Of a DNA stretch of 45,499 nt, positions 19,107-29,994 are shown one piece after another. The DNA lies in contig JAVKIA010000019.1 of assembly GCA_031459715.1 (NCBI GenBank), forward strand, positions 1 through 45,499, written 5' to 3'. Both the position numbers and the translations under genes were made by a program. The DNA comes from Candidatus Humicultor tengchongensis (GTDB taxonomy: Bacteria; Sysuimicrobiota; Sysuimicrobiia; Sysuimicrobiales; Humicultoraceae). The notes under the pieces were generated by a model. That model saw only the letters and a list, made by a program, of their open reading frames with translations. It did no database searches and was not told where the DNA came from. Position 1 is the stretch's first letter. Each line of letters begins with the position of its first letter.

Positions 19107-19350
19107 CTGACCCGATGGGGACCGCCAGGAGGGCGCGTCTGCCTGCGCGCTTCACCCCGTGGCGGGTCCCACCGCGGGGCTTCTTTCGAAGGAAACGCCG
19201 ATCGCCGACCTACCGCAGCATGAGAAAGGTCCGGCGCAGCCTGGCCAGCCCGTCCCGCCCCTGCGGTCGTCCCGCCGCCTCTAAAGGCGCACGCACTGCT
19301 CCAGGCCCGCCGCGATAAGCATCAGCACCCCCGGCCACGAGTATCGCCTC

Positions 19351-19701
19351 CTATGGGCGGACGGGCTCCTGCGTCGGATCCATCCCGGCCGCCTGCAGCA
19401 CTGCGGCCAGGAACGCCGCCTCAGGCAGCGCTCCCTCAAACTGCGTGGTTTCGTTGATGACCACCTTGGGCACGCCGTAGACGCTGTACCGCTGCGCCAG
19501 GTCCGGGTACTCGGAAGCGTCGATAACATCGGCCCGCACCCGCGGCGACTCCAGCGCCATGGCGTGGGCCAGCCGCGCGGCCCGCGGGCAGTAGGGGCAG
19601 GTCGGGGTGACGAAGACCTGGATGTGCACGTCCCGGGCGAGACCGGCCAGCGCCTGCCGGGTCTGCGGGCTCAGGCCGCTATCCCTCCGGGAGACCGCCA
19701 C
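19351..19701 (-). CDS. Thioredoxin-fold protein with a CPYC active site (C-terminal unit of a PDO/glutaredoxin-like protein disulfide oxidoreductase)
   Basis: 116 aa from GTG 19701: ...[25 protein letters not shown]...[10 protein letters not shown].. This closely resembles the second unit of archaeal and thermophile PDO proteins. Confidence 0.8.
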   Translation of the reverse strand: MAVSRRDSGLSPQTRQALAGLARDVHIQVFVTPTCPYCPRAARLAHAMALESPRVRADVIDASEYPDLAQRYSVYGVPKVVINETTQFEGALPEAAFLAAVLQAAGMDPTQEPVRP

Positions 19702-20015
19702 CAGGTCTTCCAGGAAAGCCGCAAACTCGAAGCCGGCCGGGATGCCGTAGTACCGGATGCGGCCTGCGCCGTCACGGGCGTCGCTGGCATAGGAGCCACT
19801 CTCCCGGGTCCTGATGTGAGGGGCCCGACCGTCTGGTCCGCACCTGTGGAGATGATAATGGTCGGGATGCGGGCGACGGGCGGCGCGCCGGGATCCCCAA
19901 AGACCCCGTGGATGCGCAGCCGGATACGCGGGTCGAGTGCGGCGACCTCCCGCAGGAGCTGCGCCTCGCCGTCAACCCTTCCCGCCCGGGTGACCGAAGG
20001 TCCGGTGATCCCCAT
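19702..20015 (-). pseudogene. Degenerate, frameshifted N-terminal thioredoxin-fold unit of the same PDO-like gene
   Basis: In frame with the CDS, the upstream sequence encodes ...[38 protein letters not shown], the conserved inter-unit PDO motif. The preceding homologous segment ([26 protein letters not shown]...ARIPTIIIS) lies in a different frame, that of track ORF 19671..20015. That ORF begins directly after a TAG and has no CxxC. Confidence 0.55.
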
Positions 20016-20070
20016 CGGCTCCGGGGCGGGGTGCTACGCTCTGGACGAAGACGGGCACGGGGAGGAACGG

Positions 20071-20490
<420 letters not shown>

Positions 20491-20503
20491 CCCCGGCCGA
20501 CCC

Positions 20504-20547
20504 GGGCGGGCGCCCCGGACTGGCGCGCAAGAACGAGATGCCCGCCC
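20504..20547. terminator. Weak candidate terminator hairpin between the convergent yjbQ and ilvD genes
   Basis: GGGCGGGC-N28-GCCCGCCC, followed on the plus strand by CCUUUACC. The loop is large and the U-tract is poor. Confidence 0.3.
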
Positions 20548-20550
20548 CCT

Positions 20551-22248
20551 TTACCTGCCCCCTGTGGTCACCGCTCCCTCAGAAGCCGAAGAGACCAGGC
20601 GGGCGTACTTCGCCAGCGCCGGGCCCGGGGCAGGGCGCACGGGCGGACGCCGCTCCCGCAGCCGCTGTGCCAGCACCTCCTCCGGGAGCTCCACCGCCAG
20701 GCGGCGGGCAGGCACGTCGATCGTGATCAGGTCGCCGTCCTGCACCGCGGCGATCGGACCGCCCACGGCGGCCTCCGGGGTGACGTGGCCCACCATCAGC
20801 CCGTGCGTGGCCCCGGAGAAGCGGCCGTCGGTCACCAGGGCCACCGCATCCCCCAGCCCCGCTCCCACCAGCGCGCCCGTCACCGCCAGCATCTCCCGCA
20901 TCCCGGGGCCCCCCACCGGGCCCTCGTAGCGGATCACCACCACATCCCCGGGCCGGATGGTCCCTGCGCCCACCGCGACGAAGGCTTCCTCCTCGCTGTC
21001 GAAGACGCGCGCCGGCCCGCGGTGGCTGGTACGCTCGTGCCCCACCAGCTTGACCACGCACCCCTGGGGCGCCAGGTTTCCCCGCAGGATGGCGAACCCT
21101 CCGCTGGCCCGGAGCGGTGCCGCCAGGGGGCGCACTACCTCCTGCCCCGGCGTCTCGGGAGCGTCGGAGACCTCTTCGGCCAGGGTACGCATGGTCACGG
21201 TGAGGGTCCGGGGGTGGAGCAGGCCCCCCTCCAGCAGCCGCCGCGCCAGCAGGCGCACGCCCCCGGCCCGGTGCAGGTCCGTGGCCACGAAGCGGCCGCC
21301 GGGCTTCAGGTCCGCCAGAACCGGGGTGCGCGCGCTGATGGTGTCGAAGTCTTGTAGTTCGAGCGGCACGTCCGCTTCCCGCGCCACGGCCAGAAGGTGC
21401 AGCACCGCGTTGGTGGAGCCGCCGCTTGCGGCCACCGAGGCTATGGCGTTCTCCAGGGCCGCCCGGGTGACTATCTGCCGCGGACGGACTCCGTTACGCA
21501 CCAGGGCCACGGCCAGGCGCCCCGCCGCCCGGGCCAGCTCGTCCCTGGCCGGATCCAGCGCGGGGACGGTGCAGCTTCCCATGGGAGAGATCCCCAGCAC
21601 CTCGAAGGCGATGGCCATAGTGTTGGCGGTGAACTGCCCGCCGCAGGCCCCCGCCCCGGGGCAGGCCTGCGCCTCCAGCTCGGCCAGGTCGGCGGCGCCG
21701 ATGGCACCCCGCTGGTAGGCGCCCACCGCCTCGAAGACGTCCTGGATGGTCACCGCCCTGCCGCGGAACTGGCCGGGGGCGATGGAGCCTCCGTAGAGCA
21801 TCAACCCCGGCAGGTCGAGCCGCGCCAGGGCCATCACTGCCGCGGGGATGGTCTTGTCGCATCCCGTGATCGCCACCAGTCCGTCCAGCAGGTGGCCGCG
21901 GGCCACCAGCTCAATAGAGTCGGCGATGACCTCGCGGCTGACCAGGGAGGCGCGCATCCCTGCTGTCCCCATAGAGACCCCGTCGGAGATGGCTATGGTG
22001 TTGAACTCCACCGGAGTCCCTCCGGCCTCGCGGATGCCCGCCTTCACCTGTGCGGCCAGGTGACGGTGGTGGTAGTTGCAGGGCATGACCTCGATCCAGG
22101 AGTGGGCCACCCCGATCAGCGGACGGCGGAAGTCCTCGTCCCGGTAGCCCACCGCCCGCAGCATGGCCCGGGCCGGAGCCCGCTCCGGCCCGTCCAGCAG
22201 CGTCCGGCTGTTAGTGCGCGGATCCACTACGCTCTCGTCCCCGCTCAC
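20551..22248 (-). CDS. ilvD: Dihydroxy-acid dehydratase
   Basis: 565 aa from GTG 22248, overlapping the leuB stop (GTGA): ...[25 protein letters not shown]...[15 protein letters not shown]... The 293-codon upstream extension of the track ORF is a shadow over leuB. Confidence 0.93.
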   Translation of the reverse strand: MSGDESVVDPRTNSRTLLDGPERAPARAMLRAVGYRDEDFRRPLIGVAHSWIEVMPCNYHHRHLAAQVKAGIREAGGTPVEFNTIAISDGVSMGTAGMRASLVSREVIADSIELVARGHLLDGLVAITGCDKTIPAAVMALARLDLPGLMLYGGSIAPGQFRGRAVTIQDVFEAVGAYQRGAIGAADLAELEAQACPGAGACGGQFTANTMAIAFEVLGISPMGSCTVPALDPARDELARAAGRLAVALVRNGVRPRQIVTRAALENAIASVAASGGSTNAVLHLLAVAREADVPLELQDFDTISARTPVLADLKPGGRFVATDLHRAGGVRLLARRLLEGGLLHPRTLTVTMRTLAEEVSDAPETPGQEVVRPLAAPLRASGGFAILRGNLAPQGCVVKLVGHERTSHRGPARVFDSEEEAFVAVGAGTIRPGDVVVIRYEGPVGGPGMREMLAVTGALVGAGLGDAVALVTDGRFSGATHGLMVGHVTPEAAVGGPIAAVQDGDLITIDVPARRLAVELPEEVLAQRLRERRPPVRPAPGPALAKYARLVSSASEGAVTTGGR

Positions 22249-23378
22249 TGCCCTCCACCTCCTTCCCGCACCATGGCGGCGATGCGCTCGCCCACCTGCA
22301 TGGTGGTCGCCTCCCCACCGAGGTCGGGGGTGCGCACCCCTGCGGCCAGTACGCGGGATGTCGCCTCCTCCACCAGAGCCGCCTCCTCCTCCAGGCCGCA
22401 GGAATAGCGCAGCAGCAGCGCCGCGCTCAGGATCGCCCCCACCGGGTTGGCCACCTGCCGTCCGGCGATGTCGGGGGCGGAGCCGTGCACCGGCTCGTAG
22501 AGCGCCGGCGGGCGCGCTCCCAGGCTGGCCGACGGCAGCAGGCCCACCGACCCCACCACTCCCGCGGCCTCGTCGCTCAGGATGTCGCCGAACATGTTCT
22601 CCGTGAGCAGCACGTCGAACTGCTGCGGGGCGCGCACCAGCTCCATGGCCGCGGTGTCTACCAGCATGTGCCGCAACGCCACGTCGGGAAAGGCGCGGGC
22701 TTCCTCCTGCACTACCGCCCGCCACAGCTGGGAGCTGGCCAGCACGTTGGCCTTGTCCACCGACGTCACCTGCCCCCGCCGCGTCCGCGCCTGCTGGAAG
22801 GCCACACGGGCCACGCGGGCAACTTCCTCGCGCCCGTAGCGCAGGGTGTCCACCGCCTGGTCCCCCGTCCGGCCGCGTGGCTCCCCAAAGTAGAGTCCCC
22901 CGGTGAGCTCGCGCACGATCACCAGGTCCATCCCGGCGGCGCGCTCGGGGCGCAGCGGCGAGACCTCCGCTGCTCCGGGAAAGACCCGCGCCGGACGGAG
23001 GTTGGCGAACACCCCCAGGGCCCGGCGCAGCGCCAGCAGGCCGCGCTCGGGACGCCGCTCGGAGGGCAGGTCGTCCCACTGCGGCCCACCCACAGCGCCC
23101 AGGAAGACGGCCTCCGCCGCCGCGCACGCCTGCAGGGTCTGCCGGGGCAGGGGCTCACCAGTGGCCTCCAGGGCGGCGCCGCCTATCAGCCCCTCGCTGA
23201 AGTGAAACCGCAGGCCGCGCCGCGCCTCCACCGCACGCAGGACGCGCACGGCCTCCGCGGTGACCTCGGGCCCGATCCCGTCCCCGGGCAGGAGCAGGAT
23301 CCGGTACCAGGCATTCCGGTTGCCGGATGCAGAGGGCCGAGCGCTGCCGGGGCGGCCTAGAAGATCTCCTGGATGCAC
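22245..23378 (-). CDS. leuB: 3-isopropylmalate dehydrogenase
   Basis: Reads ...[14 protein letters not shown]... with typical IMDH features. The only in-frame start candidate upstream of the conserved N-terminus is GTG 23378. That gives a ~24-aa extension and a 22-nt overlap with leuD. The start is uncertain. Confidence 0.88.
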   Translation of the reverse strand: MHPGDLLGRPGSARPSASGNRNAWYRILLLPGDGIGPEVTAEAVRVLRAVEARRGLRFHFSEGLIGGAALEATGEPLPRQTLQACAAAEAVFLGAVGGPQWDDLPSERRPERGLLALRRALGVFANLRPARVFPGAAEVSPLRPERAAGMDLVIVRELTGGLYFGEPRGRTGDQAVDTLRYGREEVARVARVAFQQARTRRGQVTSVDKANVLASSQLWRAVVQEEARAFPDVALRHMLVDTAAMELVRAPQQFDVLLTENMFGDILSDEAAGVVGSVGLLPSASLGARPPALYEPVHGSAPDIAGRQVANPVGAILSAALLLRYSCGLEEEAALVEEATSRVLAAGVRTPDLGGEATTMQVGERIAAMVREGGGGQ

Positions 23379-24001
23379 TCCGCCAGCCAGCGGACCTCCT
23401 CCCCGCCCCCCGGCCGCACCGCACCGCCCGCCCCCAGGCTCTCCACAGCGCCGCCGCCCGGGCCGCCGCGCTGCAGCACCGCCCGCACGTAGCCCACCAG
23501 GCCCCCGCTGGCCAGCAGCCGCTGCATGAATTCGGGCACGGGCGTGGCGGGGTAGGTCTCGTCTCTGGTCAGGTTGACGATGCGCCCCCGCTGCAGGTCG
23601 CAGAGCAGCTCGTCCCCGTCCCGCACCCGGTCGCGGGCCTTGGGCGACTCCAGCAGGGGCAACCCGATGTTGAAGGCGTTGCGGTAGAAGATGCGGGCAA
23701 AGGAGCGGGCCACGATTGCGCCCACCCCCAGCGCCCGGATGGCTATGGGGGCGTGCTCGCGGCTACTGCCCTGGCCGAAGTTCTCGCCGGCCACCAGGAT
23801 GTCGCCGGGACGGATGCGCTCCCGTAGCGTGGGATCCAGGTCCTCGAAGACGTACCGCGCCAGCTCCCGGGGATCGCTGGTCACCAGGTAGCGGGCCGGT
23901 ATGAGCACGTCGGTGTCGATGTGGTCGCCCAGGGTGTGGGCCCGTCCGCGCACCTGCAGGGAGCCGCCGGCACCGGCGTCGTCTCTCCCGGCCCCGCTCA
24001 T
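23357..24001 (-). CDS. leuD: 3-isopropylmalate dehydratase small subunit
   Basis: 214 aa from ATG 24001, overlapping the leuC stop (ATGA). It has the GENFGQGSSREHA swivel-domain motif and a Gly-rich C-terminal extension of about 40 aa. Confidence 0.9.
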   Translation of the reverse strand: MSGAGRDDAGAGGSLQVRGRAHTLGDHIDTDVLIPARYLVTSDPRELARYVFEDLDPTLRERIRPGDILVAGENFGQGSSREHAPIAIRALGVGAIVARSFARIFYRNAFNIGLPLLESPKARDRVRDGDELLCDLQRGRIVNLTRDETYPATPVPEFMQRLLASGGLVGYVRAVLQRGGPGGGAVESLGAGGAVRPGGGEEVRWLAECIQEIF

Positions 24002-25278
24002 ACCGGCACCGCCTCCCGCACAACTTCGTCGGGGTGGGCCAGACAACCCCGCACCGCGGAGGCCGCGGCCACCGCCGCGTTGGCCAGGTAGACCCGGCTG
24101 CCCCGGTGCCCCATCCGCCCGATGAAGTTGCGGCTGCTGGTGGAGACGCACACCTCGCCTTCCGCCAGCACCCCCATGTGCCCGCCGATGCAGGGCCCAC
24201 AGGTGGAAGTGCTGACTGCGGCGCCCGCTTCCAGGAAGACCTGGATCAGCCCTTCCTCCAGCGCCTGGCGGTAGATGCCGGGGGTGGCGGGGATGACCAG
24301 CAGCCGCGTCTGTGGGTGCACCCGCCGCCCGGCCAGGACGCGGGCGGCCAGCCGCAGGTCCTCCATCCGCCCGTTGGTGCAGGTGCCGATGAAGCACTGG
24401 TCGACGCGGATCCCGGCCGCCTCGCGCACGGGGACCACGTTGCCGGGCGAGGAGGGCGCGGCCACCAGCGGCTCCAGACGGGAGACGTCGTAGCGGCGCA
24501 CCTCCGCGTAGGTGGCGGCCGGGTCCCGGTGGTGCACGGTGAAAGGACGGCGGGCGCGGGGTCGGATCCAGGCCAGCACCGTCTCGTCGGCCTCCATGAT
24601 GCCGTTCTTCGCACCGGCCTCCACCGCCATGTTGGTGATGGAGAAGCGCTCGTCCATGGTCAACTGCCCCAGGGCCTCGCCGGCGAACTCCATGGCGGCG
24701 TAACGGGCGCCGTCCACCCCGATGTCGCCTATGACCCGCAGGATCAGGTCCTTGCCGGTGACCCAGGGCTGCAGCCGCCCGGCGAAGAGGTAGAGCACCG
24801 TCTCCGGGACGCGCAGCCACAGGCGGCCCAGGGCCATGGCCGCGGCCAGGTCCGAGGAGCCCACCCCGGTGGCGAAGGCACCCAGCGCCCCGTGATTGCA
24901 GGTGTGGGAGTCGGCCCCCAGAAAGACGTCGCCTGGGCCGACGAACCCCTCCTCGGCCAGAAGGACGTGGGCCACCCCGGTGCGCCCTATGTCGTAAAAG
25001 TGGGGCAAGCGGTGGCGGCGCACGAAGGCCCGCGTCACCGCGCACTGCTGGGCGGAGGCGATGTCCCTGGCCGGGACGTAGTGGTCGAAGACGAAGGCCA
25101 CCCGGTCCGGGTCAAAGACCCGCTCCGCGCCCATGCGCTCGAACTCCTGGATGGCCAGCGGGGCGGTGATGTCGTTGGCGAAGACGAAGTCCACGCGCGC
25201 CTCGATCAGGTCCCCCGGGCGCACGGTGGCCGCCCCCGCATGGGCGGCCAGGATCTGCTCGGTCAGGGTCAGCCCCAC
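23998..25278 (-). CDS. leuC: 3-isopropylmalate dehydratase large subunit
   Basis: 426 aa, aconitase family, with Fe-S ligand regions GTCTNGR and STCGPCIGGHMG. Confidence 0.93.
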   Translation of the reverse strand: MGLTLTEQILAAHAGAATVRPGDLIEARVDFVFANDITAPLAIQEFERMGAERVFDPDRVAFVFDHYVPARDIASAQQCAVTRAFVRRHRLPHFYDIGRTGVAHVLLAEEGFVGPGDVFLGADSHTCNHGALGAFATGVGSSDLAAAMALGRLWLRVPETVLYLFAGRLQPWVTGKDLILRVIGDIGVDGARYAAMEFAGEALGQLTMDERFSITNMAVEAGAKNGIMEADETVLAWIRPRARRPFTVHHRDPAATYAEVRRYDVSRLEPLVAAPSSPGNVVPVREAAGIRVDQCFIGTCTNGRMEDLRLAARVLAGRRVHPQTRLLVIPATPGIYRQALEEGLIQVFLEAGAAVSTSTCGPCIGGHMGVLAEGEVCVSTSSRNFIGRMGHRGSRVYLANAAVAAASAVRGCLAHPDEVVREAVPV

Positions 25279-25287
25279 CGCCGGACC

Positions 25288-26463
25288 TCAGGAGCGCACG
25301 CCGCCAGCGGCGCTGTGCACCTCCCTGGCCAGCGCCACCAACTCCTCCACGGTCACCCGCTTGCGCCGGTCGGCCAGTGCCTTGAAGGCGGCGAAGGCCC
25401 GCTCCAGCGCCTCCTCCGGCAGGTGCACCCCCTGCTGGGCCAGGACGTGAGCGAAGGCGTGCCGGCCGGAGTGCTTGCCCATCACCAGCCTGGTGGCCGG
25501 CACCCCCACGTCCTCGGGCCGCATGATCTCGTAGGTCAGAGGGTTGACGATCACCCCGTGCTGGTGGATGCCGGCCTCGTGGGCGAAGGCATTGGCACCC
25601 ACGATGGCCTTGTTGGGCGGTACGGCGACCCCGGTGATCGCCTCCAGCGTGCGGCTGGCTCCGTAGATTCCCTGCGTCCGGACGCCGACCTCCACCCCGA
25701 AGACGTCGCGGCGCACCACCAGCGCCATGACCACCTCCTCCAGGGCGGCGTTGCCGGCGCGTTCCCCGATTCCGTTGACGGTGCACTCCACCTGCCGGGC
25801 GCCGGCCTGCACCGCCGCCAGGGAGTTGGCCACGGCCAGCCCCAGGTCGTCGTGGCAGTGGACGCTTACCGTCACCCCATCGATCCCGGGAACCTCCGCC
25901 CGCACCCGGCGCACCAGGGCGGCGAACTGGTCGGGCGTGGCATACCCCACGGTGTCGGGGATGTTGATGGTCGTGGCCCCTGCAGCCACGGCGGCGGCGA
26001 AGACCCGGATGAGGAAGTCCGGATCGGACCGGCTGGCGTCTTCCGCGGAGAACTCCACCTCGGGAGCATAGCGGCGGGCGCGGCGGACCGCCGCTGCCGC
26101 ATCGGCCACCACCTCGTGGGGGGTCTTGCGCAGCTTGCTGCGCATGTGCACCTCAGAGGTGGCGATGAAGGTGTGGATGCGTGGCCGCTTAGCCCCCCGC
26201 AGCGCCTCCGCCGCGGCATCGATGTCCTCGGGGGCGGCGCGGGCCAGGGCGGCGATCACCGGGCCGCGCACCGCCCGGGCCACGGCGGCGACGGCCGCGC
26301 CGTCGCCCGGGGAGCTGGCGGGGAAGCCGGCCTCGATGACGTCCACCTGCAGCTCCGCCAGCGCCCGGGCCATGGCCACCTTCTCCTCAAGGGTCATGGA
26401 GAAGCCGGGCGACTGCTCTCCATCGCGCAGCGTGGTATCGAAGATGGCGACGCGGTCGGCCAC
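25288..26463 (-). CDS. leuA: 2-isopropylmalate synthase-family enzyme, short form lacking the C-terminal LeuA regulatory domain
   Basis: 391 aa with DRE-TIM motifs [13 protein letters not shown] and [13 protein letters not shown]. It ends shortly after ...[20 protein letters not shown], where full-length LeuA continues into a ~130-aa regulatory domain. leuC starts 10 nt downstream. Confidence 0.8.
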   Translation of the reverse strand: MADRVAIFDTTLRDGEQSPGFSMTLEEKVAMARALAELQVDVIEAGFPASSPGDGAAVAAVARAVRGPVIAALARAAPEDIDAAAEALRGAKRPRIHTFIATSEVHMRSKLRKTPHEVVADAAAAVRRARRYAPEVEFSAEDASRSDPDFLIRVFAAAVAAGATTINIPDTVGYATPDQFAALVRRVRAEVPGIDGVTVSVHCHDDLGLAVANSLAAVQAGARQVECTVNGIGERAGNAALEEVVMALVVRRDVFGVEVGVRTQGIYGASRTLEAITGVAVPPNKAIVGANAFAHEAGIHQHGVIVNPLTYEIMRPEDVGVPATRLVMGKHSGRHAFAHVLAQQGVHLPEEALERAFAAFKALADRRKRVTVEELVALAREVHSAAGGVRS

Positions 26464-26468
26464 GGTGG

Positions 26469-27596
26469 CTACCTCCCCGCGGGGGCGCGCGCAGATGCCG
26501 CCGCACCCGGGGAAGGGGCGGCGGCAGGCTCGCCCGATGCTGAAGCCACAGCGGCGGCGGCCCGTTCGCCGGGACCCGGAGACGGTGCAGCGCCGGGGAC
26601 CTCTACCCGGCGCAGCCAGGGCATCATGGCCCGCAGGCGGCGGCCCACCTCCTCAATGGGGTGGCGTGCCTCCTCCGCCCGGCGGGCCTCCAGGACCGGG
26701 CGCCCGGCCTGGTTCTCCAGGATCCACTCCCGGGCGAAGGTGCCGTCCTGCACCTCGCGCAGCAGACGGCGCATCTCCTGCCGCGTGGCCTCCGTGATGA
26801 TCCGCCGCCCGCGGGTCAGGTCCCCGTACTCGGCGGTGTTACTCACCGAGTAGCGCATCCAGGCCAGCCCCCCCTCGTAGAGCAGGTCCACGATCAGCTT
26901 CAGTTCGTTGAGGCACTCGAAGTAGGCGATCTCCGGCTGGTAGCCCGCCTCCACCAGGGTGTCGAAGCCCGCCTTGATCAGCTCGGTCACCCCGCCGCAG
27001 AGGACAGCCTGTTCGCCGAAGAGGTCGCTCTCCACCTCCTCGCGGAAGGTGGTCTCGATGACACCGGCCCTGGTGCAGCCGATGCCGCGGGCGTAGGCCA
27101 GGGCCAGCGCCTGCGCGCTCCCGGTGGCGTCCTGGTGCACGGCCAGCAGCGCGGGGACGCTTCCCCCTTCCGCAAACATCCGCCGCAGGAGGTGACCGGG
27201 TGCCTTGGGGGCCACCATGAAAACGTCCACGTCGGGCGGGGGGACTACCTGGTGAAAGTGGACGGCAAACCCGTGGGAGAACCCCAGGGCCTGACCGCCG
27301 CGCAGGCGGGGAGCAATCTCCTCGCGGAACACCTGCCCCTGGCGCTCGTCGGGGATGAGGACCTGCACCAGGTCCGCCTCCGCCACTGCCTCGGACACCG
27401 TGCGCACGCGGAACCCGTCGGCCTCCGCCCGGGCCCAGGAGCGGCTGCCGCGGAAGAGGGCCACCGTCACCTGCACGCCGTTGTCGCGCAGGTTCTGCGC
27501 CTGGGCGTGCCCCTGGCTGCCGTACCCCACCACCGCCACCCGCCGCCCCTCCAGGGGTGCCAGGCTGGCGGCGTCGTCGTAGTAGATCCTGGCCAT
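26469..27596 (-). CDS. ilvC: Ketol-acid reductoisomerase (class I)
   Basis: 375 aa with [19 protein letters not shown] and a strong AAGGAGG Shine-Dalgarno. It has an Ala/Pro-rich C-terminal extension of about 45 aa. Confidence 0.93.
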   Translation of the reverse strand: MARIYYDDAASLAPLEGRRVAVVGYGSQGHAQAQNLRDNGVQVTVALFRGSRSWARAEADGFRVRTVSEAVAEADLVQVLIPDERQGQVFREEIAPRLRGGQALGFSHGFAVHFHQVVPPPDVDVFMVAPKAPGHLLRRMFAEGGSVPALLAVHQDATGSAQALALAYARGIGCTRAGVIETTFREEVESDLFGEQAVLCGGVTELIKAGFDTLVEAGYQPEIAYFECLNELKLIVDLLYEGGLAWMRYSVSNTAEYGDLTRGRRIITEATRQEMRRLLREVQDGTFAREWILENQAGRPVLEARRAEEARHPIEEVGRRLRAMMPWLRRVEVPGAAPSPGPGERAAAAVASASGEPAAAPSPGAAASARAPAGR

Positions 27597-27654
27597 AGGC
27601 CTCTCCTCCTTAAACCGGGTTAACGTGATCTGCGCCTCCCGGGCGGCCCGGCTC

Positions 27655-28185
27655 CTACGTGGTCTGCGACCCCCGGGCCAGGGCCACCCGCCCCGTGCGC
27701 ACCATCTCCCGGATGCCGTGCCTGCGCAGCAGCGCCTGCAGGGCGTCGATCTTGTCCGGCTTGCCGCTGACTTCCACCACCACAGTGTGTTCGCCCACGT
27801 CCACCACCCGGGCGCGGAAGATCTGGGCCACGTGCAGTACCTCTTGGCGCGTGCCCGGGGTGACGCTGACCTTGATCAGGGCCAGCTCCCGCTCCACCGT
27901 GTCGCAGCCGGTGAGGTCGTGGACGCGGCGCACCTCCAGGATCTTGTTCAGGTTCTTCACCACCTGCTCCGCCTGCTCGTCTCCCTCCAGGACCACCAGC
28001 ATGCGGGAGATCCGCCGGTCGTCGGTCACCCCTACGGAGAGGCTGTGGATGTTGTAGCCGCGGCGGCGGATCAGCCCGGCAATCTTGGCCAGCACGCCGG
28101 GGCTGTTCTCCACCAGCAGCGAAATGCTGCGGACCGTAGTCGGAGGCTGGCCGTTGGGCTGCCGCCGGATGCGGGCGCCATCCAT
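27655..28185 (-). CDS. ilvN: Acetolactate synthase small (regulatory) subunit
   Basis: 176 aa from ATG 28185, which overlaps the last base of the ilvB stop. It has an ACT domain ([31 protein letters not shown]). The 211-codon upstream extension of the track ORF is rejected. Confidence 0.9.
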   Translation of the reverse strand: MDGARIRRQPNGQPPTTVRSISLLVENSPGVLAKIAGLIRRRGYNIHSLSVGVTDDRRISRMLVVLEGDEQAEQVVKNLNKILEVRRVHDLTGCDTVERELALIKVSVTPGTRQEVLHVAQIFRARVVDVGEHTVVVEVSGKPDKIDALQALLRRHGIREMVRTGRVALARGSQTT

Positions 28186-29978
28186 CACTCCAGAATCATC
28201 TCCTTCACCGACTGCCCGGAGGGGATCATCGGGAAGCAGTTCTCCTGGGGGTCCACCAGGACGTCCAGCACCACAGGCACATCCGACACCTGCAGCGCCC
28301 AGGCCACCGCGTCCTCCACCTCCTCGGGGCGGCGCACGGTGCGCCCCGCGGCGCCGAAGACCTGGGCCAGCCGGGCGAAGTCGGGGTTCTGCAGCATGAC
28401 GTGGGAGTAGCGCTGGCGGTAGAAGAGCTGCTGCCACTGCCGCACCATGCCCAGGGAGCCGTTGTTGATGATGACCACCTTCACCGGGAGGCGCCACTCC
28501 ACCGCCGTGATCAGGTCCTGCAGCGTCATCTGGAACCCACCGTCGCCCACCAGCGCCACCACCGTGCGCTGCGGGCAGGCCAGCTGCGCCCCTATGGCTG
28601 CAGGGAAGCCGAACCCCATGGCCCCCAGGCCGCCGGAGCTGATGAAGGTGCGGGGCTCGCGGCAGCGGTAGAACTGCGCCGCCCACATCTGGTGCTGGCC
28701 CACATCCGTGACCACGATGGCCCTTTCCTGGGTGAGGCGGGCTACGGTCTCGCAGACGAACTGGGGCTTGATCACCTGGTCGCCCTGGCGGTAGCGCAGC
28801 GGGTAGCGCTCTCGCCACTCCTGGATCTGGCGCAGCCAGGGCTCGATCTGCGGCGGAGCCGTGATGCGCTCCACCAGGGCCGCCAGCACCAGCTTCGCGT
28901 CGCCCACGATGGGGATGTGCGCCGGCTTGTTCTTACCGATCTCCGCCGGGTCGATGTCGATGTGGATGAAGCGGGCGCGGGGGGCGAAGTCCGCCAGGCG
29001 CCCGGTCACGCGGTCGTCGAAGCGCACCCCCACCGCCAGGATCAGGTCGGCCTCGTTAATGGCGTAGTTGGCATACGCGGTGCCGTGCATCCCCAGCATG
29101 CCCAGACAACGGGGATGGTGCTCGTCGATGGCACCTTTGCCCATCAGGGTCACGGTGACGGGGATCCCCGTGCGCTCCACCAGGCGGGTCAGCTCCGCGG
29201 AGGCCCCCGCGGAGATCACCCCGCCGCCGGCATAGATAATGGGCCGCTCTGCTCCCTGCAGGGCCTCGGCCGCGGCGGCGATCTGGGCGGCGTTGCCCTC
29301 GCGGTGAGGGCGGTAGCGAGCGGTCACGTCTTCCACGGGGCGGGGGACGACCCGGGCCTGGGCCACATCGCGCGGCACGTCCACCAGCACCGGCCCCGGC
29401 CGGCCCGCGGCGGCCACGTAGAAGGCTTCGGCGATGGCCCGGGGCAGGTCGGCGGCATCCCAGACCTGGTAGGCGTGCTTGGTCACCGGCATGGTGATGC
29501 CGATGACGTCGGCCTCCTGGAAGGCGTCCCTCCCGATGACCGCGGTGGGCACCTGGCCGGTGATGGCCACCACCGGCACCGAATCCATGTGGGCGTCGGT
29601 CAGGCCGGTGACCAGGTTGGTGGCTCCCGGCCCGGAGGTGGCCATGCACACCCCCACCCGCCCCGAGGCCCGGGCGTAACCCACTGCTGCGTGGGCGGCC
29701 ACCTGCTCATGGCGAACCAGGACGTGCCGCAGGTCGGCGGCGTCGTAGAGGGCATCATAGATGGGTAACGAGGCGCCGCCGGGTATGCCAAAGATCACCG
29801 CAGCACCGGCCTGACGCAGGGCCTCGACCAGGAGCTCGGCCCCGGACCGGGTGACCTCCCGCCCGGTTGGGGCCAGCTCGCCTCGGGAGCGGCCCAATCG
29901 CGAACGGATTGCTGCCCGCGAGCCAGCCCCGTCTCCTGAGGGTGTGCGCCTGCCTGTGCGGGATGCGGTTACCGTCAT
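28185..29978 (-). CDS. ilvB: Acetolactate synthase large subunit
   Basis: 597 aa from ATG 29978 with GGAGGG 6 nt upstream. It is a TPP enzyme (...GIPGGASLPIYDAL..., ...LVGDGGFQMTLQDL...). The track start 30089 lies inside the T-box terminator region and is rejected. Confidence 0.92.
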   Translation of the reverse strand: MTVTASRTGRRTPSGDGAGSRAAIRSRLGRSRGELAPTGREVTRSGAELLVEALRQAGAAVIFGIPGGASLPIYDALYDAADLRHVLVRHEQVAAHAAVGYARASGRVGVCMATSGPGATNLVTGLTDAHMDSVPVVAITGQVPTAVIGRDAFQEADVIGITMPVTKHAYQVWDAADLPRAIAEAFYVAAAGRPGPVLVDVPRDVAQARVVPRPVEDVTARYRPHREGNAAQIAAAAEALQGAERPIIYAGGGVISAGASAELTRLVERTGIPVTVTLMGKGAIDEHHPRCLGMLGMHGTAYANYAINEADLILAVGVRFDDRVTGRLADFAPRARFIHIDIDPAEIGKNKPAHIPIVGDAKLVLAALVERITAPPQIEPWLRQIQEWRERYPLRYRQGDQVIKPQFVCETVARLTQERAIVVTDVGQHQMWAAQFYRCREPRTFISSGGLGAMGFGFPAAIGAQLACPQRTVVALVGDGGFQMTLQDLITAVEWRLPVKVVIINNGSLGMVRQWQQLFYRQRYSHVMLQNPDFARLAQVFGAAGRTVRRPEEVEDAVAWALQVSDVPVVLDVLVDPQENCFPMIPSGQSVKEMILE

Positions 29979-29994
29979 GCTCTGCCCTCCGGTG

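Noticed and set aside
19155-19190. An 11-bp hairpin (CCCCGUGGCGG/CCACCGCGGGG) between the thioredoxin-fold gene and nuoB
   Set aside because: The U-rich tail (CUUCUUUC) is on the plus strand, where there is no credible upstream gene. ORF 19115..19318 is Arg-rich nonsense. On the minus strand the hairpin lacks a U-tract. Its function is ambiguous, so I did not annotate it.
22249-23127. Long in-frame N-terminal extensions of track ORFs for ilvD. The same applies to leuD (24002..25045), ilvN (28186..28818), E1beta (11942..12370), nuoC (16803..17252), hom (37170..37538), nitroreductase (45113..45397) and yjbQ (19564..20070).
   Set aside because: Each extension overlaps the neighbouring real gene in another frame and has no homology-like sequence. 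Each ends at an internal ATG or GTG where the family-typical N-terminus begins, with a Shine-Dalgarno sequence or a stop/start overlap.
26469-26610. Ala/Pro/Gly-rich terminal extensions and linkers: IlvC C-terminus, LeuD C-terminus, IlvB N-terminus, E2 linkers and LipA N-terminus
   Set aside because: These are most simply explained as GC-driven low-complexity tails, which are common in very high-GC genomes. No motif or repeat structure suggests a separate function.
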